64,000 nt of DNA from a virus, in IMG/VR virus record IMGVR_UViG_3300005529_000023, positions 1-64,000 of that record. The stretch is one strand, 5' to 3'. The first letter of the stretch is position 1. The number at the start of each line of letters is the position of its first letter. The position numbers were made by a program, and so were the translations under genes. This document shows positions 8,560-18,080 of this stretch, in pieces. The notes beneath the pieces are model-generated. The model saw only the letters and a list, made by a program, of their open reading frames with translations, was not told the DNA's origin and did not search any database.

Positions 8560-9003
8560 ATGGTGAAGTACATCAAGGGCGATCTTTTTGAATCCAAAGA
8601 AGAGGTTATCGCACACGGCTGCAACTGTCGTGGCGGATACGGATCTGGCGTAGCCAGGACTATGGCTTACAGGTATCCGAAGGCGCGAAACTATTACCTT
8701 GAGAAGTACGATGAGGATGGCTGGAAGTTAGGCGAGGTCCAGTTCGTACCGCAATGGGACGGCAAGGTAATCGCCAACTGTGCTACCCAGGACGATTTTG
8801 TGCCCCGTGGCATTTGCCATGCAAATTATGATGCAATTCGCGTTTGCATGGAGCGTGTAAAAGACTATGCCAGATCAAAAGGGTTTGGAATTGCTATCCC
8901 CAAGATAGGAGCTGGACTCGCAGGCGGCGATTGGACGATCATCGAAGGAATCTTAAATGATGTCTTCTCTGATTACGATATCACCGTTTACTACCTGGAG
9001 TAG
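8560..9003 (+). CDS. macrodomain (ADP-ribose/Appr-1-p processing) protein
   Basis: YIKGDLF, IAHGCNC.GGYGSGVA, IAIPKIGAGLAGGDW. Confidence 0.9.
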   Translation: MVKYIKGDLFESKEEVIAHGCNCRGGYGSGVARTMAYRYPKARNYYLEKYDEDGWKLGEVQFVPQWDGKVIANCATQDDFVPRGICHANYDAIRVCMERVKDYARSKGFGIAIPKIGAGLAGGDWTIIEGILNDVFSDYDITVYYLE

Positions 9004-9006
9004 TCT

Positions 9007-9207
9007 TTGAGCGAGCAATCTGGGGTCATTAGGCTCAGTCGCAGGCAAGTAGAGTTTCTGATCACTCTCACAGGTGAATCAGATCCTACCTTGGCCATGA
9101 AGCTGTTTGCTAAGGCGATGGTCGCTGAAGGCGTATCGCCAAAGGAAATGCCTGAGTATATTACCAGGCTAATGAACAAAAATAAACCGCAGGGCAGTAC
9201 GGACTAA
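9007..9207 (+). CDS. small hypothetical protein
   Basis: fills gap; TAATG coupling to next gene. Confidence 0.55.
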   Translation: MSEQSGVIRLSRRQVEFLITLTGESDPTLAMKLFAKAMVAEGVSPKEMPEYITRLMNKNKPQGSTD

Positions 9208-9872
9208 TGTTGATCGTATCGAAGTTCCACGATTATTACGACGTGGGCATGAAAACTGGCGTCGATAAGACGTGCGTGTACGAGCGCGAGACTCAAACTA
9301 TCGAGAGAGGTTTTCTCGCCACTACCAAGTATGCGACGGGCTGGCACGGGAGTGTACTCGCCTTTTGTGGCGAGTTCTATCCTTTCTTGTTCTACGTAGA
9401 CCATTACGAGATCACCCGCTACATCTGGACTCTAGAAGAAGCGCTTGAGCTAAATTTCCCGAAAGAGAGATGGCGTTACGGGTATTGGAACGAGTACTCT
9501 CTTTCTACTCCGCAGGGCGTCAAGAAGTTCTTTGAACAGAAGTATGAACATCTCAAAGAACTCTTTCATCAATATCGCACTCCTATTTTTGGTTTCGAAC
9601 CTGTTCTTGGCCGAAGATATTCTTGGATGAAAGACGAGAAGTACAGATCCTTGGAACTCAATCCCTGTCTTAAGAATATCCAGTTCTACAAGGTCAAAAA
9701 TCCTATTGTCGCATTTCAAGAAATTGCCATGTTCATGTCTGGTGTTATCGGCGCTCCTCCGAAGCAACTCATCGAAGTTTCTGATGAAGTGAAAGCTGCC
9801 TCTCGTGGACATGATGGGCCATACTCCTTCAGAAAACCTCCCGGCAAACGAGGAAAAAATAAGTGGCGTTAA
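9207..9872 (+). CDS. conserved phage hypothetical protein
   Basis: SKFHDYYD N-terminus; F.KV.NP..AFQEI.MF C-terminal pattern. Confidence 0.75.
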   Translation: MLIVSKFHDYYDVGMKTGVDKTCVYERETQTIERGFLATTKYATGWHGSVLAFCGEFYPFLFYVDHYEITRYIWTLEEALELNFPKERWRYGYWNEYSLSTPQGVKKFFEQKYEHLKELFHQYRTPIFGFEPVLGRRYSWMKDEKYRSLELNPCLKNIQFYKVKNPIVAFQEIAMFMSGVIGAPPKQLIEVSDEVKAASRGHDGPYSFRKPPGKRGKNKWR

Positions 9873-9925
9873 CGCTGCGTTTCTCTGAAAGTCCTGTGAT
9901 AGAGTAAATAAGATCGGAGAAGTTG

Positions 9926-11914
9926 ATGTTCAGGAATCCCGCCTCAGAATTCATTTACGTTCGCACGTACTCTCGTTGGCTTGATCAGTTCACCCGTAGA
10001 GAAAATTGGTTTGAAACCGTTGATCGTTACATTGCCTTTATCACCAAGCATCATGGAGAAAAAATCCCTCCTAAGGTGATTAGAAAAATTAAAAGCTATC
10101 TCACCGAGTTTGCCGTGATGCCCTCGATGAGGTTTCTGTGGGCCGCTGGCGCTCCGGCAGAACAAGATAACGTTACGATCTACAATTGCTCCTTCGCAGC
10201 AGTTGATAATCCAGATGTGTTTGCCGAAGCTCTTTACATTCTTATGTGCGGGACTGGTTTTGGTTTCTCTGTTGAGAATAAATACGTCAGCAAACTACCT
10301 GCAGTTCCAGAAGAGATTCGTCCAAGCCACGGAATCTATGAAGTGGGAGATTCCAAAGAAGGTTGGGCAGATTCGATCAAGTATTTGGTCAACTCCTTGT
10401 ATGCTGGCCAAGATCCCGACATTCGATATAACAAAGTAAGACCACAGGGTGCGCGCCTGAAGACTATGGGAGGCCGCAGTTCTGGCCCCGGTCCTTTGGC
10501 TCAGCTTCACTACTTCATCAAACAAGTTTTTCATGCGGCTCGCGGGCGTAAGCTTACTACTTTAGAGTGCCATGACATTATGTGCGAAGCTGCCTCGATC
10601 GTCGTGGTTGGCGGAGTTCGCCGAAGCAGTGAGATTTCTAACTCTGACCTAGATGATCCAGCTATGAGATCTGCTAAGAGTGGTAATTTTCCTGTTCGCC
10701 GTTACATGGCAAATAACTCTGCTGTCTATTATGTGAAGCCAGGAATGGTTACGTTCATGGAAGAATGGACTTCGCTTGTGGCCTCTAAGTCCGGTGAACG
10801 CGGAATCTTCAATCTTGAAGCGGCGCGTAAGATGGCACCCAAGAGACGCCTTGCTGAGCAAATTGCGGGAACAAATCCTTGTGCTGAGATTCAGTTGAGG
10901 AATAAAGAATTTTGTAATCTCTCTGAAATTGTAGCGAGAGAGGAAGACGACATCGATACTATGTTGGATAAGGTGGAGACTGCAGTCTGGATGGGTATCA
11001 TCCAGGCTTGTTTTACCTATTTCCCTTATCTGAGCAAGCAATGGAAGAAGAATTGTGAAGAAGAAAGACTTCTCGGAGTCTCTATTACGGGTCAATTTGA
11101 TGCTCCACACGTTTGCACTGACGAGGCTCTTAGAGCATACAAGGCAAAAGCGATCAAAGTAGCTAAAAAAGCTTCCGAGATCATGGGAATTCCTATGCCT
11201 GCAGCCATCACTTGCGTAAAACCATCGGGAACAGTGTCTCAGTTGGTCGATTCTGCTTCTGGTTTGCATCCAAGATTCGCAAAGTACTACATTCGTAGGT
11301 ACAGAATCGCTGCAGTGGACCCTCTTTTCAGGATGATCAGGGATCAAAATGTTCCTATTTCGCCAGAAAACGGAGAAAGAAAGCAGGATTACGTCAAGGC
11401 AGTGAGAATTTACGATGCCGCGATCGAGAAAAAAGAGCCAGAAGTAGAGGCGATGAAGAAAGCCAAGGCAGTTTGCCCAATTTTCGACAATAATGGCTGG
11501 TCTCCAGACAAAGTGAACACCTGGGTAGTCTCTTTTCCGGTCGAAGCTCCAAAAAATTGCATTACGACCGAAGAAGTTACCGCTTTAGAGCAGTTAGAGT
11601 GGTACAAAAAGGTTCAAAAGAACTGGTGCGAGCATAACGCGTCGATCACGGTCTACGTTAGACCCGATGAATGGCTTTCCGTTGGTGATTGGGTCTACAA
11701 AAACTGGGATATCGTCAATGGGATCTCTTTTTTGCCCGCCGAAGAGCATGTTTACGAGCAGGCGCCATACGAAAAGATTACGAAAGACAAGTATGAAGAG
11801 ATGGTCAAGAGTTTTCCTAAGATCGACTACTCTCAACTTGGTAAATACGAGATCGACGACAATACGGAAGGCGCGAAAAGCCTTGCCTGCTCCTCTGGCA
11901 ACTGCGAAGTCTAA
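9926..11914 (+). CDS. nrdJ: class II (adenosylcobalamin-dependent) ribonucleotide reductase
   Basis: MPSMRFLW, YNCSF, GTGFGFSV, GGVRRSS, TNPCAEI, CNLSE, TCVKPSGTVSQL, C-terminal ACSSGNCEV; no NrdB partner in window. Confidence 0.92.
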   Translation: MFRNPASEFIYVRTYSRWLDQFTRRENWFETVDRYIAFITKHHGEKIPPKVIRKIKSYLTEFAVMPSMRFLWAAGAPAEQDNVTIYNCSFAAVDNPDVFAEALYILMCGTGFGFSVENKYVSKLPAVPEEIRPSHGIYEVGDSKEGWADSIKYLVNSLYAGQDPDIRYNKVRPQGARLKTMGGRSSGPGPLAQLHYFIKQVFHAARGRKLTTLECHDIMCEAASIVVVGGVRRSSEISNSDLDDPAMRSAKSGNFPVRRYMANNSAVYYVKPGMVTFMEEWTSLVASKSGERGIFNLEAARKMAPKRRLAEQIAGTNPCAEIQLRNKEFCNLSEIVAREEDDIDTMLDKVETAVWMGIIQACFTYFPYLSKQWKKNCEEERLLGVSITGQFDAPHVCTDEALRAYKAKAIKVAKKASEIMGIPMPAAITCVKPSGTVSQLVDSASGLHPRFAKYYIRRYRIAAVDPLFRMIRDQNVPISPENGERKQDYVKAVRIYDAAIEKKEPEVEAMKKAKAVCPIFDNNGWSPDKVNTWVVSFPVEAPKNCITTEEVTALEQLEWYKKVQKNWCEHNASITVYVRPDEWLSVGDWVYKNWDIVNGISFLPAEEHVYEQAPYEKITKDKYEEMVKSFPKIDYSQLGKYEIDDNTEGAKSLACSSGNCEV

Positions 11915-11950
11915 ATAAAGCAGTTGACTAAATAAGCAAAATAAGCAAAT

Positions 11951-12364
11951 ATGGACGGGATGATTGTAATTCCCTGTAAACAGTCGGTCTTTTTCGACGT
12001 AGACGATACTTTGGTTCGTTGGAATCCTTCTCAGGCAGAAAAGGATAAGTACGGCATCGATTTTACTTGCCCTGGCGGACTTTGGATGAATCCAGACGGC
12101 GAACTTGTTCAGTCCGGTTCATGGACAGAGAGGTTAGTTCCTCACCATCAGCATATCGAACAGCTGAAGGCTCACAAAATGCGTGGTCATACGGTTGTCG
12201 TATGGTCGGCAGGTGGCTGGGATTGGGCAGAGGCAGTTGTTAGGACGTTGAAACTTGAACAGTATGTCGATCTAGTAATTTCTAAGCCAACTTGGTGCTA
12301 CGACGATCTGCAGCCTAACGAGTTCATTCCGAAACCGCAGTTCATTAAATGGAGCGAAGTATGA
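11951..12364 (+). CDS. HAD-superfamily phosphatase
   Basis: FFDVDDTL; VVWSAGG; SKP...DD. Confidence 0.8.
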   Translation: MDGMIVIPCKQSVFFDVDDTLVRWNPSQAEKDKYGIDFTCPGGLWMNPDGELVQSGSWTERLVPHHQHIEQLKAHKMRGHTVVVWSAGGWDWAEAVVRTLKLEQYVDLVISKPTWCYDDLQPNEFIPKPQFIKWSEV

Positions 12365-12888
12365 AGGTAATTTTTCTTGATTTCGATGGTGTGCTGAATT
12401 CTGCAGCTTCGTTTATCAGAGTTTCTTCTGAGAGGAAGAAGCTTACGAAAGAACAGAAGGAAGGACTTCCTCCAGTAAGCGAGCATCTGGACCCTACTTG
12501 TGCTTCTAATTTTCAGTATATCCTGAAGCATTGCAAGGATGACGTGAAAATCGTGATCTCTAGTACTTGGCGCGAACTCTTCAGTCTCGATTGGCTAAAG
12601 GAGCATCTAGCTAAGTACGGCATTGATTCGTCGAGGGTGATCGATAGGACGCCTTCGATCTTTCGATTTGGCGGTTCTTGCCGAGGAGCAGAGATCAATG
12701 AGTGGCTTAACGAGCATAAGGAAGTAACGGATTTCGTTATCATTGATGATAACTACATCGGCTCGGGTCACGAAGAGAACGAGAAAGTCGTAGCTACGCA
12801 TTGGTACATCGGACTCACCCTTCCAGATGCTGTCAAGGCATTGGATATCTTGAAGGAAGACAGCCGCGCTTTAGACATTCCGATTTAA
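12361..12888 (+). CDS. HAD domain of Swiss-army-knife RNA repair type (HAD_SAK)
   Basis: KVIFLDFDGVLN; IVISSTWR; RGAEINEWL; FVIIDD; GLT. Confidence 0.85.
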   Translation: MKVIFLDFDGVLNSAASFIRVSSERKKLTKEQKEGLPPVSEHLDPTCASNFQYILKHCKDDVKIVISSTWRELFSLDWLKEHLAKYGIDSSRVIDRTPSIFRFGGSCRGAEINEWLNEHKEVTDFVIIDDNYIGSGHEENEKVVATHWYIGLTLPDAVKALDILKEDSRALDIPI

Positions 12889-12899
12889 GGAGAAAGAAT

Positions 12900-13184
12900 A
12901 TGCTCAAAGTAGAAGAAGCAGCTAAAGAGTTAGAGGAAAAGAGTTACGATCAAATTCAAGTGGAGACCGCATGGAAGTGGGGCTCTCGTGCTGCAGCTTG
13001 CTTCAAGCGCTCGCTAGAGGAAAATAACACGCAGGAAGCATTCTATGCTCTTTTTCTTGGAATTGAGTACTTACACGAAGCTGTTGAGCACGCTGCTCTT
13101 GCCGAAGATACATCTTTGCTTCAAGCAGTCAAAGATGCGGTAGTGCCGTTGCACGAACAGGCTCTGGAAGCGTTAGGTTTGTAG
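12900..13184 (+). CDS. hypothetical helical protein
   Basis: AAGGAG RBS. Confidence 0.7.
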   Translation: MLKVEEAAKELEEKSYDQIQVETAWKWGSRAAACFKRSLEENNTQEAFYALFLGIEYLHEAVEHAALAEDTSLLQAVKDAVVPLHEQALEALGL

Positions 13185-13185
13185 T

Positions 13186-13305
13186 ATGCAGCCTATTCTA
13201 CTTACTCCAGACCAGTACTTCGCTACCGCTTTTGTGTTCGTTTTAGTGGGCCTGTTTTATACGCTCGACCAGATGTTTTTGGCACCAGATGAGAGGGAAG
13301 AATGA
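13186..13305 (+). CDS. small membrane protein (39 aa)
   Basis: not in track; single TM segment; ATGA overlap with ppa. Confidence 0.5.
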   Translation: MQPILLTPDQYFATAFVFVLVGLFYTLDQMFLAPDEREE

Positions 13306-13751
13306 AGAAGATCATTGATTCCATCGTGGAAATTCCCAGGGGTTCTACTTACAAGTACGAACTAGACGAGGAAACTGGTCAGCTTTATATTGATCGTCCT
13401 CTTCCTAGCCCATTGCCATACAATTATGGATTTGTGCCTGATACTTTATACGAGGACGGCGATCCGCTGGATGTCTGTATTATCGGAGATCCAATCGTTC
13501 CTAAAGCTTTAGTACGAGTGGAAGTCGTTGGTGCATTTCTTTGTGATGACAACGGCGATAAGGACGATAAAATCGTAGCAAAAGTCGTAGGAGAAGAGCT
13601 TCCCCTTCCGCTGTTTACTCATTTGGACGTAGTGTGCGACTATTTGGAAACCTACAAAGAAGGTTTTAAAGTCCTAAATTTCGTCGGTGCAGAAGACGCC
13701 ATGAAAATCGTTCAAGAAAGTCTCGTAAATGAACAAGATCCTAGAACTTAA
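13302..13751 (+). CDS. ppa: soluble inorganic pyrophosphatase (family I)
   Basis: VEIPRGS..KYE; PYNYGFVPDTL.EDGDPLDV; DDNGDKDDKI. Confidence 0.92.
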   Translation: MKKIIDSIVEIPRGSTYKYELDEETGQLYIDRPLPSPLPYNYGFVPDTLYEDGDPLDVCIIGDPIVPKALVRVEVVGAFLCDDNGDKDDKIVAKVVGEELPLPLFTHLDVVCDYLETYKEGFKVLNFVGAEDAMKIVQESLVNEQDPRT

Positions 13752-14754
13752 GTTTGGTTCGCATTTGTACGGTACAGATACACCCTCGTCCGATTTGGAC
13801 TACAAGGCGATTTACCTGCCTACGGCTAGGGAGATTGTACTTCATAAGTTCAAGGGGACAATCTGTAAGTCTCGACCAAAAGCTACGTACGAGCGCAACA
13901 ACAAGGACGATATCGACACTGAGATTTTCAGTCTAGATCGATATCTGGAACTTCTCATGGAAGGTCAGACGGTGGCTCTTGATCTGTTGTTTGCGCCTCG
14001 GTACATGTTCACGTACATGAAAACTGGAGAACACGGAATCGATCTTTTGGATCATATCTACGCTAATCGAGGAAGACTGATCACCAGGAACGTGAACGCT
14101 TTCGTTGGCTATGCGCGCCAGCAAGCTGCAAAGTACGGAATCAAAGGTTCCAGAATGGATGCCTTGAAGAGGGTTATGGAATACCTCGACTCTTTATTGG
14201 CTCTTAAACAGAATCCGTACAATAAGCTGTTGATGTACTCTGACTCTATCGATGCGCTTGTAAAAGAATGTCAAGGTTTCATTTCTCTTGAAAAGACTCC
14301 ATTAGTAGAAGTGGTTCTTTTAAAGGGTCCGAAGGGTTTGATCGATCAACCGCACATTCGTGTGAACGGTAGAAACATCCCGTTTCATGCCACGATCAAG
14401 TATGCCCGTGAGATCGTGGGAAAGATGCTCGATGGATATGGCCAAAGAGCGCACAAAGCTCATTTGGCCGGTGGAGTTGATTGGAAGGCTCTTTCCCATG
14501 CAGTTCGAGTGAACAGCGAAGCCCTTGAACTCTTGGCTAAGAATCACATCACGTTTCCTCGTCCTGATCGCGAGCTTCTTTTGCAGATCAAGAAGGGTGA
14601 GCTACCCTACGAGCAGGTGGCCGAAATCATTGAGGAAGGTTTGGCAAAGCTTTACGAAGCCCATGAACTCTCTCCCTTGAGGGAAAAGCCGGATTATGAA
14701 TGGTCTGAAAACTTCGTTTATGATGTCTATTCGAAGATCGTAAAAGATAGTTGA
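13729..14754 (+). CDS. RlaP-like Pol-beta superfamily nucleotidyltransferase
   Basis: FGSHLYGTDTPSSDLDYKAIY; DWKALSHAVR; LLQIKKGE. Confidence 0.85.
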   Translation: MNKILELKFGSHLYGTDTPSSDLDYKAIYLPTAREIVLHKFKGTICKSRPKATYERNNKDDIDTEIFSLDRYLELLMEGQTVALDLLFAPRYMFTYMKTGEHGIDLLDHIYANRGRLITRNVNAFVGYARQQAAKYGIKGSRMDALKRVMEYLDSLLALKQNPYNKLLMYSDSIDALVKECQGFISLEKTPLVEVVLLKGPKGLIDQPHIRVNGRNIPFHATIKYAREIVGKMLDGYGQRAHKAHLAGGVDWKALSHAVRVNSEALELLAKNHITFPRPDRELLLQIKKGELPYEQVAEIIEEGLAKLYEAHELSPLREKPDYEWSENFVYDVYSKIVKDS

Positions 14755-14779
14755 CTATTTTCCTTATCTATCTTATTTT
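14751..14779 (+). promoter_or_regulatory. sigma70-type promoter
   Basis: TTGACT-17-TATTTT; AGGAGAGG RBS downstream. Confidence 0.5.
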
Positions 14780-14796
14780 CTTATTTAGGAGAGGTT

Positions 14797-15729
14797 ATGC
14801 CGCAACTCACATTGCTGGTCGGTCCCGCTGGTTCGGGTAAGTCCACGTTAGCTAAGCAGCTTATTGCAAATACACCCGATATCGAGGGCGAGGCCGTCTA
14901 CATTAATCAGGATTCTCAGGGCAAAGAACATCTTGCCCTGTACGATGACGCCCTCTTAGCTGGAAAGAGCATTGTTGTCGATCGGATGAACTTCAACAAG
15001 TCTCAGAGAAATCGTTATCTGGATCTTGCAAAGGCCCGTGGCTATCGCACTAAGATCGTTGTCCTCCATGTGCCCTATTACGTGTGTTTTGAACGTTGTA
15101 TGTCTCGCAAGGACCATCAGACCATTAAGGATGAGGTTAATGCGCGAGCTGCGTTGGCTACCTTCTTCTCGAAGTATGAAAGGGTGTCTGACGATGAGGC
15201 AGATGTTGTAGAAAGACTCGGTTGGGAAGGTTATAAGCCACCCGCTGTCATTTGCGATCTGGATGGTACTCTCTGTGACATTAGACATCGTCTACATTAC
15301 GTTCGTAGACCGGAGGGTGAAAAGAAGGATTGGAAGGGCTTCTTCGATGAAATGAATGGAGATGCTGTAAACCAATGGTGTGCAGATATCCTCACGGCGG
15401 TGTCCGATGAAGTTGCCATCGTGTTTTGCTCTGGTCGCCCAGACAATCACAGGTCGGCAACTGTTGGTTGGCTTAAGAGAAATAGGATGTACGAGTTGAA
15501 TGAGGGAAACTACGGTGTTCCAGATTCTCCTTATGGCGATAAGTTTCATCTCTACATGAGACCTCGTGGAGATCAGAGAGACGACAGTATCATCAAGGAG
15601 ATCATTCTTGATTTTGAGATTCTTACTCGTTTCACGCCTCATTTCATGATTGATGATCGTAAGAGAGTGGTCGATATGTGGCGCTCGCGCGGCTATACGT
15701 GCCTTGCTTGTGCGGAAGGGAATTTCTAA
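14797..15729 (+). CDS. pseT: polynucleotide 5'-kinase / 3'-phosphatase (T4 PseT-like)
   Basis: GPAGSGKST P-loop kinase domain; DLDGT HAD domain; SGR; IDDRKRVVDMW. Confidence 0.9.
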   Translation: MPQLTLLVGPAGSGKSTLAKQLIANTPDIEGEAVYINQDSQGKEHLALYDDALLAGKSIVVDRMNFNKSQRNRYLDLAKARGYRTKIVVLHVPYYVCFERCMSRKDHQTIKDEVNARAALATFFSKYERVSDDEADVVERLGWEGYKPPAVICDLDGTLCDIRHRLHYVRRPEGEKKDWKGFFDEMNGDAVNQWCADILTAVSDEVAIVFCSGRPDNHRSATVGWLKRNRMYELNEGNYGVPDSPYGDKFHLYMRPRGDQRDDSIIKEIILDFEILTRFTPHFMIDDRKRVVDMWRSRGYTCLACAEGNF

Positions 15730-16961
15730 TGTTCAAATTTTTTGCAACCGACAATTGGTACAAGAAATGGGCAAAGAAAGAGGAAGAATACGAGAACAAG
15801 ACCGTATCTGAAGAACCTCCTGCCGAAGAGGATGATTCGGGAAGTACCTACAAGGTGCCTTATACGACTATCTTGAACGTAACTCCGCACAACAATGCCG
15901 ATCGTTTAGCAGTGTTTTGGGTCTATGGCTTTCAGGTCATTGCTCCGAAGGACAAGTTCCAGATTGGCGATAAGGTGATTTATATCCCGATCGATTCGAT
16001 CCTTCCTCAGTGGCTTGAGGATCGCCTTTTTCCCGCCGAAGCTAAGATCAAGTTGACCAAGCATCGAGTTCGTCAGATTCGAATTCGTAAGCTTGCATCT
16101 CAAGGTATGTTGATCAGCTTGGATGAGGTTCAAGACAAGGTTGGAACTCCAGAGTTGGAGGCAGATCTCAAGACCATTTTGGGAGTCAAGAAGTATCAAC
16201 CGCCTGCTCCGAAGATTCAAGGCCCAGCTGGTCCAAAGAATCGCAACAAGAAGCATGAACATCCGTTGTTCCACAAGTACAATGGCCTGGACAACATCAA
16301 GTGGTTCCCTGACCTGTTCAAGGAAGGTGAAACCGAAGTTGTGATCCAGGAGAAGTTGCATGGAACCAATGCCCGCGCATCCAAACTGCCCTTCATCGCT
16401 AACACCTGGCTCAAGAAGCTGAAGAAGCTGTTCGGTTTGGCTCCGAAGGTTGAGAAGTGCTATGGATCGAACAATGTGGATATTTCTGCCGCTTCAACCT
16501 ACAAAGGCTTCTATGGCGACGATGTCTACGGTAAGTGCTTTGATTCGATTGATGTCTTCAACAAGCTTCTGCTTGGGGAGATTGTTTACGGCGAGATCGT
16601 CGGACCTGGCATTCAAAAGAACTACGAGTATGGTCTGAAAGAACACCATTTCGTGGTTTTCGATGTCAAAGTCCTTCAACCGGACGGGAAGACATTTAAG
16701 TGGCTCACGCCCGATGAGGTTGCCAAGTTCTGTGAACAGAGAGGCTTTGAACATGTGCCTGTCCTCTACAAGGGCAAGTACTATCGAAACACTGCCTTTA
16801 GCTTCACTCAAGGCAAGTCCGCGTATGCCCCGGTCCAAAAGGTCAGGGAAGGTGTCGTCATCAAGGATGCCGTGGAATACGACTTTGGTGGTAACAAGAG
16901 GGCCTTGAAGTGGGTTTCTGAGGAGTATCTCGATGACAGTTCGAACACCGACTTCCACTAA
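15729..16961 (+). CDS. ATP-dependent RNA ligase, DRB0094-like with N-terminal OB fold
   Basis: H.NADRL..; YIPIDSILP; SQG; motif I EKLHGTN; GEIVG; FDV; REGVVIK; KWVSEEYL; start at the TAATG junction. Confidence 0.88.
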   Translation: MFKFFATDNWYKKWAKKEEEYENKTVSEEPPAEEDDSGSTYKVPYTTILNVTPHNNADRLAVFWVYGFQVIAPKDKFQIGDKVIYIPIDSILPQWLEDRLFPAEAKIKLTKHRVRQIRIRKLASQGMLISLDEVQDKVGTPELEADLKTILGVKKYQPPAPKIQGPAGPKNRNKKHEHPLFHKYNGLDNIKWFPDLFKEGETEVVIQEKLHGTNARASKLPFIANTWLKKLKKLFGLAPKVEKCYGSNNVDISAASTYKGFYGDDVYGKCFDSIDVFNKLLLGEIVYGEIVGPGIQKNYEYGLKEHHFVVFDVKVLQPDGKTFKWLTPDEVAKFCEQRGFEHVPVLYKGKYYRNTAFSFTQGKSAYAPVQKVREGVVIKDAVEYDFGGNKRALKWVSEEYLDDSSNTDFH

Positions 16962-17283
16962 GTTATCTGGTGATGTGCCAGAAGAACATAAGAACCTCGC
17001 CCTGGCCTTGTCCGGTTATGAGAAGGAAGTGAACGATGATCCCTTCTTGCCCTTAGAAAGAAAGGCGCAGAGCTACGTTTGTCTGGCTCATGACTGGTAC
17101 CAATTGGGTATGGATGAAGAAGGAGGTCGCCTTCTTCTGCGTGCTGAACAGATATCTCCTGGATATTTCAAGGAAAAAATGCTTGAACACGCTAGCGAAA
17201 ATAAGGATTTTGCGTTGGTAGTGAAAAATATTACAATAGAGCTTATGTTTCTGGTTACGAGTCAGTTGAAGGAAGCGAAATGA
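16933..17283 (+). CDS. hypothetical helical protein
   Basis: ORF track; start uncertain. Confidence 0.6.
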   Translation: MTVRTPTSTKLSGDVPEEHKNLALALSGYEKEVNDDPFLPLERKAQSYVCLAHDWYQLGMDEEGGRLLLRAEQISPGYFKEKMLEHASENKDFALVVKNITIELMFLVTSQLKEAK

Positions 17284-17564
17284 AGCTAGAGATCCAGATA
17301 GAATGCACCTATTGCGGGAATAAGTGGAACGCCACGTCATGGAGCAAAACGGAAATTGATTCCATGATATGTCCTAAGTGTAAGGATTCTCGTCTCATAG
17401 TTCGAGATAGAACCTCAAAGGTAGACTACTATCAGGGTAGTCCACCGTTTCCGCCTAAAAAGCAAGACGACTTTCCTTGGGGAATGCATTACCTAGGAGA
17501 AATGAGTCACGGACAAGGCTATGTGTATAGTTTGCAAAGACTGGAAGATAGGAAAGTTAACTAA
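17280..17564 (+). CDS. zinc-ribbon protein
   Basis: CTYC..CPKC. Confidence 0.65.
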   Translation: MKLEIQIECTYCGNKWNATSWSKTEIDSMICPKCKDSRLIVRDRTSKVDYYQGSPPFPPKKQDDFPWGMHYLGEMSHGQGYVYSLQRLEDRKVN

Positions 17565-17730
17565 TAAAGAGGCGATCCATGCCCTTGGTGAATTGATGAG
17601 TGCAGCGTCTAATAAAGAGATGTCTCATTATTCGAAAGTTCTCGATAAGATCATGGAGAAGGAAGTTCCAGTTACAGAGTCGGACGATGAGTTAGATAAG
17701 TTATGGCAAGAGGAATCTGAGGATTTTTAA
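17521..17730 (+). CDS. hypothetical protein
   Basis: N-terminal CxxC, acidic tail; coupled to next gene. Confidence 0.6.
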   Translation: MCIVCKDWKIGKLTNKEAIHALGELMSAASNKEMSHYSKVLDKIMEKEVPVTESDDELDKLWQEESEDF

Positions 17731-18080
17731 TGGCGGGTCTGTTTTCACAAGCCATCACTGCTTTTTGCATGAGTGCTGCTTCTAGCGCTACGTATAATAA
17801 CGCATGCAATCATGCCGTGGATGCTGGTACTCGCCAAGTGGGGATCAGACAGCAGGTGGATGGCGCCGAGGATAAGACTACCGCGCTTGTAGCCACTAAG
17901 GCCACTGATGTCGCAGGAAAACACGTTTCAATGGCCGTTGGCGCTGTGGGATTTGTTTATAAGACTTATCGAGATAAGAGTCTGGTTTTCAAACTACCCA
18001 CTATGGGTATTTGCGATTCGCTCAGCAATCAAATTACTCCAAACTCATACATTCTGAGCTTTCAATGGACGCTACGCTAA
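17730..18080 (+). CDS. hypothetical protein, possibly envelope-associated
   Basis: hydrophobic N-terminus, C-terminal LSFQW. Confidence 0.6.
   Translation: MAGLFSQAITAFCMSAASSATYNNACNHAVDAGTRQVGIRQQVDGAEDKTTALVATKATDVAGKHVSMAVGAVGFVYKTYRDKSLVFKLPTMGICDSLSNQITPNSYILSFQWTLR

Noticed and set aside
9926-11914. Intein or intron in the ribonucleotide reductase
   Set aside because: Continuous 662-aa frame with all catalytic motifs; no splice-junction or LAGLIDADG motifs
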